From Paraspadella gotoi (Eukaryota; Animalia; Chaetognatha): a DNA stretch of 64,000 nucleotides. The notes under the pieces were generated by a model, which was given only the letters and a program-made list of their open reading frames with translations, ran no database searches and was not told the DNA's origin. The position numbers were made by a program, and so were the translations under genes. Location of the stretch: the NCBI GenBank assembly GCA_051294375.1, contig CM119266.1, positions 7,209,431 to 7,273,430 on the forward strand, read 5' to 3'. Of the stretch, positions 1 to 8,904 are shown in pieces; positions within the stretch are counted from its first letter, which is position 1; every line of letters begins with the position of its first letter.

Positions 1-596
1 AAAAAAAAAAATTGACAATTATGTTAGTTTTTAATCATTCTTTTTTCAGATTTTTATAACGAGAGTTTATGTCCTACATACTTACTTCTTTCATACATAT
101 CGTACTTCAAAAAAAAAAAATGTCGGACTTAATCCATCAATGAAAACTCATTGCAACAGACAAGATGTTTTTGGACTGAGACTTCATTACAAAAAGCAGG
201 AGCTTTACTGCATTACGCCGACGCTTGCGCAATAAAATTTTGGATATTATTCATTCTATATACAGTACTATACACCCCTTGACGAAAATGATCCAAATGC
301 CTTAAAACGTTATATGGTTACAGCGAAAATCAAAAACGTATCAGAATCGTCAAAAAAAAACAAAAAAAAAAACAAAAAAAACCGAACGCAGCCTCGTTTT
401 CGAATTGCAGTTTGAAAAAAAAACTATCCTATAAAATCCCTTCCGATGCCTCATTGAAATAAAATTAGCGAACTTGTAAGACGTTTATACAAGTTGTATA
501 AATCTTTTTTTTTTTTTCAAAAATAAATCCGCCAAATCTGCGGCGACCCGAAGGATTTATTTCCCGATCGAATCGCCCTCATAGAAATTCCGCAAC

Positions 597-680
597 ATGG
601 GATGCGGTCCATCGACGGAAACGAATAAACAAGCGTTGACCAATTGGTCTCCTACTCCGGACAAGGACGACAGTTGGAAG
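597..680 (+). CDS. Candidate first coding exon 1a of the globin X-like gene (N-myristoylation/palmitoylation motif)
   Basis: ATG in context caacATGg; 28 codons MGCGPSTETNKQALTNWSPTPDKDDSWK ending at phase-0 donor AAG|GTAAGT. Paralogous to 17142-17225 and in phase with the globin acceptor at 37922. Confidence 0.65.
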
Positions 681-975
681 GTAAGTTAATCGGGTAGGGT
701 CTTTGACCCGCGAGCTCCTTTGGAAATGACTATTAACGCTGAATAACTTTAGAATAACTTTAGCCTAAGTAAAAGTTAAGGAACAAAAAGTTACAATCCT
801 TCTAGAAATGTGTATGTCAAAACCTTAATTACTGTCAATATATCGATATTTTATGCTTGGATTGGCTGACTTGGCTCATTGGCTCATTAAGATCTATATG
901 ATTATTTTTTTCTAGATCTCTATGATCTACAATCCAACGATATTTATGAGTTTTTCAAACAAATGATCGTTTGAA

Positions 976-3900
976 TTAAAAAACTGCGATAGTCAAGGTA
1001 TCCCCGAATCCCAGTTTGTCCGAAAATAAAGACCCATTTTTCTTTAAGGAGTAGATAAACTGTGGCGGTGAAGACCAACGATTTCCATGGTTGTAATTTT
1101 TGCAGCTTTCAAGATGTGTCCTGATAAAAAGTTATAAAATATATGAAATAAGTTTATCCAAAATAAAAATAATCTATCTATTTAATAGATACGCTATCTC
1201 GCCCATATTTTTGACAGGCAACGTCAGAGGCTTGCAAAAAGCTAACATTGCGGAATCCGACAAGATTCTTTCACAATCTAGTCTCACAGTCTCACAGTCT
1301 AGCCTTCATATCAATGAAGTGGTATTTAATGTTTTTATTAATTGTCTCAATTGTATGATTTCATTTTGTATCATGTATGGTGGACTAAAATCCACCAACC
1401 GTTCATCAGCGGCCATTGGTGCCGGAGGCAAGTCATTCGCCTCCCAACCCAAAGGTCCGGGGTTCTAGCCCGGTGGTTGTCTGGCAGTTAAGAGGGACGG
1501 GGCGCTTAACCCGCCTGTAACATGATCCGAAGCTCAGGGACTGCTTACATTGAACGGTTCTGTCATTAACACATAATAATAATTACTGTCTCTTCACATG
1601 TATACAAGACTTTCCTAACTCGCATTGACCTTTATTTAGTTCATTATTTATTTGTTATTTGTTATGATATAACTAGCATAATCAGACCTGCGACAAGAGG
1701 TCACGATCTGAGAGACAAAATCCCCTGAATTCGACCGGTAAGATGCCTCATGAAATGGACATTACATGACTTGACATGTTGAAAAAAAAAAAAAAAACTC
1801 ACGTGTCTGACACCATCAAGTAACCGAAATCCACGTTGCAGCCGCCCCAGTTCAGATTGACGTAGAAATGCCTTTTGTGAGTAGGACTTCCTTTCATGCT
1901 CCAGTAGTTGTAATCTCTGTCCACATCAACGCTCGGTCCGGCGTCGATCTAGATGATCCGTTTCCTCGTGAACCAGTTTTCGATGTTGCTGCCGGTTCCG
2001 TTGAAGATGATGTCGACGACGGCCTCCTTGTCTTGCCAGATGGTGTAGCGAACCTGAAATCATTAAAAATCTTAAAAGTATAGTGATCTCGCCAGTCGTG
2101 AATTGTAAAGTTTAGATGGAAGGAGAGGAGGAGGAAGAAGAGGAGAAAATAAAGAAATAAAAAAAGAAAGACAAAAAATTGAAGCGATGATAATCTTTCA
2201 CCAATAACCAAAAATTGATGCGATTATAACCAAATGATTGATGCGATGATAACCAAATGATTGATGCGATGATAGTCATTCCTTGATGTGATAATAATCA
2301 TTCATTGATGCAATGATAGTCATTCATTGTTGCGATGAATCATTGAACGTAAATAAAACAAACAAATGCGTGTATGAGTGAGAGAGAGAGAGAAAGAGAA
2401 AGAGAGAGAAAGAAAGAGAGAGAGAAAGAAAGAGAAGTCCAACTGTAAGAGATGATTAATTAATATGATCTTAAATGAGATTTAATTTCTCAAAAAAAGT
2501 TAAATAAAAGATATAACTACAACTTTCAAAAATATTTATGTTTTCTTGGTAAAAATTAAGAAAAAGTAATAAAATTATCGAAAGATGATGATGATGATTA
2601 ATTGATTATTAATAGTTTTTTCTATTTTTCACCCACTTATGATCAAAATATCGAAAAAAGAATTATACTTTGTGTAGACCACTTTCTGCAAGCTACCTGA
2701 ATCTCTTCTTAAAAATAAATATAAATATTTAAAAATTAATATATGGGGTATGGAGTAATATTAAAATTTATTATCTTTTAAAATTTTTTAAAAAATGTCT
2801 AAATTTTTGTTTGAGCAGGTGCTAATAAGGCGTAGTGAAAGTTACATACGAAAATTCTAAAAAGGTCAATTATGAACAACATACCATCAGTGAACATTAA
2901 TTTGTAAAAAAAAAATTTTATGTTTTTTAATTTTTGCAGTAGGCTATATTTATATATAGTACTATTCTTATAAATCAAAAAAATTAAATATAGGCTTTTC
3001 TTAATTTTAATTACAGATTTGAATTCCTCGTCAAAAGTTGATCAAAGAAAATATAAATCATTTTAAAAAATTCTTTCATTAAGTGGGTTAAAAATTAAAA
3101 AAAACTATATTTAATATATAAAAAAATAATTTTCAGCTTAAAATATAGCTTTTTCTAATTTTTGACCCACTTAATGAAGGAATTTTTCAAAAAGAATTAT
3201 ATTTCTTTCTATTAACTTTTTATGACGAATCCAAATCTGCAAAAAAATATTAGAAAAAACTGTTTTGAAATTTTAACATATATTGGTTGAGTACTAGTAT
3301 AAATATGGCCTACTGCGTAAACTGTAAAATTTATTATAATTTTTTTATTACATAAATGTTCATTAGTATAATGTTGTTCGTTCGCTGACTTTTATAATTT
3401 TAATTAAATCGTTAAAATTTAGAAATTTTACTACGCCTTCATGCTTAATTCAAATTTCTTAACCACCTTTCTAAGTTAGGCTACTCCTACTTGGAAGCTT
3501 TGAAACTATTTCTGTATCAAACTGTCAGTATTAATTAATATTATATGTTTGCCTAAGGCGATGAATAAATATATACAGAAGGCTTCATATTATAAAATGA
3601 GGTACCCGTTTTTTGTGACCAGAATTTGTTCCCACCAAACTACCCAATCGAATTTTATGAAATTTTACATATAGAGTCCTAATGATGACATAAATGGAAC
3701 TATCGAGACAAATTTTTTTATTAATATTTTTTTAATACATACTTTATACTAACTTAGTGGTTTACTTCCCACTTCGTAACTACAACGCTATGTGTACGGA
3801 CCAGTTTGAATCTTGAATCAAAGTTTTTCTTCCAATTGTCAAGGAATTCTCTGTTCGTCCATCCGCCATGGAAAGCAATCCCTAAGTCCGAATATTGCTC

Positions 3901-6746
3901 GGCGTTTCCGCTGACGAGATTCTCGTCCTTTCCTGACAAATATGGCTTATTTAATTCATAATTTATATTCATATATGTTTAAAAATGGCAAAATTACATC
4001 TTTTCCTAAGTATAACAAACTAAATATATAAAAAAGTTATATTAAGTTGAATATATTTTAAATAATTGTTAAATCTATATAATATTTCTTCTTAAAGGGG
4101 AGAGGGATGTTAGTGTTGTCTTCTGATAATATAGGGAACATCTACACATATTACATTCATATTTAAGATCCACGCCTGACCAAACTTACCCTTTGTAAAA
4201 GCCTCCAGGACGTTGATTCCGCTGCGGCTGCTGACGCGGAGAACGAGGCGACCCGGCTGGTAAAAATTAATTGGCGATTTGCAAGAGGGGAAGGCGCCGC
4301 CTGGAAAGATGAATTGGAATTTGAATGAGTTTGGAAATTAAAAGAAAGATAATAGTGAGGAATATTGGTGATTTGAAATCGTATTCATTATTTTCAGTGT
4401 TAATTCTCGATAGTCGTAATAGCGCACAGTGTGACGAGCTGGTTAAACCCGCCGTGAGCTATGAATCCGGATCCATAGTTTCGTAAGGAAAGGCAACTGA
4501 CGGCCAAATCTCCCAGACCTAGATCATTCAAGGCGTTCAAGAGTTCTAAGGTAACAGAATATAAATTATTAAATTCCATTTAATTTTCTGGATTTGGCTT
4601 CCAAAATCCCGTTCAAAATCATTCCAGAATCTTCTTCCTCTTCCGGAATCCTCTTCCGGAATCCTTTCCTCTGTTTCCGGGATTCATTCATCTGTGATGG
4701 TATTAAGCAGTTTCATCTTCCATGTCGGGAATAGCGATTATTGAAGCATATAACTTATAATATGGTGCTATTAAAATAGAGCAAACATTGTAAAGTATGA
4801 GAATTCAAATTATTTAAATTTTATAAAAGTCATAGTTAGCTTGCATAATATCATTACAGGAGATACAGAGATGGAACCGGATCAGAGACTCGGGGAGAAA
4901 TCACCGAAATGGAATCAAGCTCTCTGATACAGAGATGGAACCGAATCAAAGACTCGGGAAGAAATTACCAAAATGGAATCAAGCTCTCGGATTGGTTGAG
5001 ACCAAAATGGAAGCGGCCAATAGGTGGATGCGCTTTCATCCGCCAGGAAACTTTAGCAATGTCTATGATCCACTTGCATTGTATAAATAGCTGAGTATCT
5101 GAGTATCTGAGTATTCTGTCCAAAATTGACACTCTCTCTGGATAAGGCGCTAAGTGGGCTGAAGATGACTCTCCGTAACTTTTATAACCCCCTCTAGCAG
5201 CCATGGAACGGGTCCTGGGCTTGGAACCAGGCTTGAGGGTTTTCCACGCCCCCAAGGCGGCTTACGGCCGTCCTCACACTTCCCGCAGGGTAGGTACCGC
5301 GTTGGGATTGAACCCGGTACCTAGTGGTCATGAGATGATGGCTTTACTCAATGAGCCACCGGGTCACGACTGAAGGTGTCATGCTTAGAGGCGGGGTGAA
5401 CTTTGCTATGCCCGACTACATGTCTTCTTATCTGTTTTCTATCAATAAATTTCACTTTTGTTTCATGTTGAAATCCCAGTCTACTTACTTAAATGTGGTG
5501 GGATTCGACCCATTGGCTCCGAAGAGACTGAAAATAAAGATCCATAAAAATATTTCGGTAAGTTTCTTTACAAATTTTATATTATATAGAGGCCATTTGT
5601 TCAGAGAATCAGACTGTCTCGTGCTGTCCCATGACCCGAACTGGTTCTCAAGAGGTATTAGGGAGGCAATCTACATCAAAGCTCTCGAGCCCTCTTTGAA
5701 CCGTGATGGAGGACGATTCGATCTCCCTCCAAGCTATGATTCGCTTATCAAAAGCGTGGTGGAGGCCCCGTCTCCACCACGTCCGCACAATGATTCCCCT
5801 ATCTCCACTCAACGAGGCAGGCGGAGACCCTTGAGAAGGCAATGGACAGGCGATGCCTCTCCCTCAAATGCAGCAACTCAGTCCCTCTTTCTGTGGACCA
5901 AGCGTCGCCCAAAACGACGGCTACAGGAGGAGGGAGAGGAGTCCACCACTACTGCCGCGAAAGCAGCAAGAACGGACACCCACCCATCTCGCCAGCAGGC
6001 GAGAAGAGGGCAGTCAGCAGGCGTAACAGGCCAGAGAGACATAAGAGTAGCACTAGGAATGTTCCCGCAAGGGACAATCCCCAGCCCGGCACTTACCAGC
6101 TCAGTTATACTCTCCTCTCAACCATTGACACGCTAATGACCTGACCACATCGTCCTTGTCTTTCCTTTGCTCCACCAAGGGGGGCCCATCTCATTTTTGA
6201 GCTCTATCTTATCTCTTATATTTCATCTTTTCTTTAACTTAACTATCCCTAAAAAATGTAATTTTTCACATTTCACATTTCAAATTCTATATTTCACCTA
6301 ATTTATTATTTAGCTAATTGTTAATTTTCACTATTATTATTAAGCTTTGTATTTTGACTTTCTTTTTTGCTATTTAAAATAGTTTAGAGATTATTATATT
6401 ATTAAGCTTTAAAATCTTATATCTTTGTTGTACAATGTACATTGCACAAATGTATCATATTACCTCTCTCTCTTTCTCTCTCCCTGTTTGACCATTTTCA
6501 CTTCTTTTCAAAACCCACTCAATCTATCCTTGCCTTCAACCTGTCCTCACCTCTGACCACTATTCTGTCAAAGAATTAAAAACGAACTAAAAAAGACTCA
6601 AACGTGAGTCGAAACATGTCTGTTTTTTACTAATGTACAAATCATTAGTTAATATGACATTCTAATACAAAGTTTTTTCTCATCGTTCACTTACCATATT
6701 TTAACATCACCACAAACAAAAATCCGACAAAAATTTTCATAGACAT
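976..6746 (-). CDS. Secreted uncharacterised protein, paralogue 1 (5 exons, about 229 aa; in-frame TAG in exon 4, possible pseudogene or null allele)
   Basis: Exons 6746-6695 (signal peptide MSMKIFVGFLFVVMLKYG), 4300-4190 (GAFPSCK..RLVLRVSSRSGINVLEAFTK), 3932-3802 (..FHGGWTNREFLDNWKK..), 2053-1803 (VRYTIWQDKEAVVDIIFNGTGSNIENWF..RHFYVNLNWGGCNVDFGYLMVSD; TAG at 1951-1949), 1120-976 (..ESCKNY..PPQFIYS..GFGDTLTIAVF*). All introns GT-AG, phases 1,1,0,2, identical to paralogues 2 and 3. Confidence 0.85.
1375..1573 (+). mobile_element. tRNA-derived (Gly-like) SINE-like repeat; second copy at about 17810-17980 on the - strand
   Basis: A-box-like TGGTGCCGGAGG, TTCGCCTCCCA (like the tRNA-Gly anticodon arm) and B-box-like GGTTCTAGCCC; the reverse-complement copy is clearly alignable. 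Confidence 0.55.
2828..3438. mobile_element. Non-autonomous DNA transposon (MITE, about 610 bp), family with AGGCGTAGT terminal inverted repeats
   Basis: Starts AGGCGTAGTGAAA and ends TTTACTACGCCT, with internal inverted sub-repeats. Other copies at 18137-18725, 30929-31545 and 61477-62078. Confidence 0.85.
4855..5130 (+). repeat. Dispersed LTR-like or promoter-bearing repeat; related copy at about 47000-47230
   Basis: Both copies show ATTGG..CCAAT..TATAAATAGCT in the same order; this copy has an internal duplication of about 64 bp. Confidence 0.4.
5137..5420 (+). mobile_element. Solo LTR (about 285 bp), same family as 21345-21640, 26153-26453 and 45849-46116
   Basis: Alignable from (TG)TGGATAAGGCGCTAAGTGGG to GCCCGACTACA; TG..CA termini and 4-bp TSDs are seen in other copies. 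Confidence 0.7.
5590..6660 (+). mobile_element. 5'-truncated Penelope-like retroelement (GIY-YIG C-terminus, ORF tail and pseudo-LTR with degenerate hammerhead)
   Basis: Peptide DPNWFSRGIREAIYIKALEPSLNRDGG matches the E-x-I-Y-I..P-S-L-N-R-D-x-G end of PLE GIY-YIG endonucleases; downstream GACTC..GAGTC-GAAACATGTC hammerhead remnant at about 6590-6620. Lies in intron 1 of paralogue 1. Confidence 0.8.
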
Positions 6747-7089
6747 TTTACAAATTTTCAAGAAAAGTTGTAAAGAGCAATAGTTTTCCCAAATTTTTGA
6801 GCAATGTCAAAATGAAGCAAAATTCCGCTTTAAAGAGTTTAATATATGCAGGAAAATTATAACTTAATCGTTAACTCAATAATGTTCATCGTTAAAATAT
6901 ATTTCAATATATAATTTTCGAAAATTTATTCCAAATATGTCACATACAGAAAAAATTTTTATAGTAGTAATAACCAAATTCAATCTTTGACAAAAATAGG
7001 AAATGTATGTGTTGTATGTATTGTGGATGTAACCGGATCTCAAAGTTGTGCGTTGGCACAAAAAAAGTTTGGTAAATATCTTTTTTTTT

Positions 7090-8060
7090 TCTTTCGTTTC
7101 GTTGCGTTGGTAGCATTAAAGGAGAATAGTTTGTTTTTATTTTGAACAACGAATTTATTTAGCATGAAAAATGGACATGTTTCGGCTTCAATGTAAGTGA
7201 ATGGAATTTTGACAATTATTTTCACAGAGTTTGAAGTTTAGAGAGAGAGAGAGAGAGAGCAAAGTTTCCCTGTCACCACTCGACGTGGCAGAGGGAGACC
7301 TCTCGAAAGACAATGGGCACACAATGCCACTTCTGATACTGTAGCAACTTCGCTGGACTCTCCTCAGGCGAGGCGCCCACCCAAAAGACGGCTGCAGTCA
7401 GATGAAGAGGAAGGTCTTGTTCCCAATGCTAAAGCACCAAGAACAAACTTTGGCCCACCTGGCCGTAAGGCAAGAAAAGGGCAGCCGGCAGGCATAACAG
7501 GCCAGATGGATATTAGAGTGGCCCTCGGCATTTTTCCGAAAGGATCTCTGCCTGACCCCAACATGACATCATCTGTCAACCTTGCAACTCAAAACCCAGA
7601 TGACCCATGACCTGCCACTGACCGGGTATCCTTGTCACTGCTTTTCCTTTGTCCTAAAAAGGGAGGGGGCCAGCTCTATTTTGAGCTCTTTCTTTTTCTT
7701 TTTTTTCACTTTCTTTCTCTCTTGACCTATTCTCTATCTTTATCTTTCATATTTCATTTTTCATTCTCCTATTAATCTAAAACTTAATTTAGTTGTTATT
7801 TGTATAGTTTATTATTTCAATGTTAATGTTTTCTTTACATTGCTAAATGTATTCACAGTTTACTATTTTCAATGTTAATTTTTTCCTTTATGTTACTAAA
7901 TGTATTTTACTGTACTTTGGCAATCTGACCAAATTTTCATTTCTCTTTCACTCTCCTTCACTCACTTGTCCTCAGTATTAACCTACTCTCAGTCTACCAC
8001 TGTCCTTTTCTCAATTATTTGTTGGAAACTTTGCTCTCTCTCTCTTTCTCTCTTTCTCTA

Positions 8061-8096
<36 letters not shown>

Positions 8097-8228
8097 TCTC
8101 TCTCTAAACTTCAAACTCTGTGAAAATAATTGTCAAAATTCTATTCAATTTGCGCTGAAACATGTCCATTTGTCAGGCTAAATAAATTCGTTGTTCAAAA
8201 TAAAAACAAACTTTTCTCCTTTAATGGT
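7090..8228 (+). mobile_element. Penelope-like fragment with an inverted pseudo-LTR end
   Basis: 7270-7610 encodes a peptide homologous to the ORF tail at 5800-6136 (RGRPLERQW..ARKGQPAGITGQMDIRVALGIFP). 7115-7185 is the reverse complement of 8155-8225, the inverted arrangement typical of PLE insertions. Confidence 0.7.
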
Positions 8229-8406
8229 AAATATCGTATAACGTATATCATTGAGAAGATGAGAACAAAAGAAAATAGACTAATGTAAAAGAAAGTTTTA
8301 ATCTATATTTCTATTCTTACAATCGAGTACATTAACATTTGAAAACGTTAATTATCGTATAATTTTATCAAAATTGACATTTAAAGTCCGTATTTGAAGT
8401 TGTTCT

Positions 8407-8581
8407 CTATTTGACTGCGATTGTGAGACAATCCGCCATCCCGAGAGGAGCGCTCATCAAAGTCCCGCTCTTATTTTTGGAATAGAGAAACTGGGGAAAT
8501 GAATTCCATCCCTTTTTCCCGTTGAAGACTCTCATGCAAACCTCCTTCTTTACTCTGCAAAAGAAAATAATGTTTTTCTTC

Positions 8582-8620
<39 letters not shown>

Positions 8621-8684
8621 TCTCATGCAAACCTCCTTCTTTACTCTGAAAAAAAATATTTATCTTAATAATAATAATAAAAAC

Positions 8685-8753
<69 letters not shown>

Positions 8754-8810
8754 TCATGCAAACCTCCTTTTTTACTCTGAAAAAAATATTTATCTCAATA
8801 ATACATAATC

Positions 8811-8904
<94 letters not shown>

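Noticed and set aside
1690-1724. Nearest AG as the terminal exon of paralogue 1
   Set aside because: Gives a short non-homologous peptide; exon 1120-976 aligns with the terminal exons of the other two paralogues.
1949-1951. Alternative genetic code (TAG reassigned)
   Set aside because: Paralogue 2 ends with TAG exactly where the others end with TAA and TGA; a single internal case is not enough.
5351-5590. N-terminal part of the 261-aa ORF as a real gene
   Set aside because: It is a chance read-through from a solo LTR and AT-rich DNA into the Penelope fragment.
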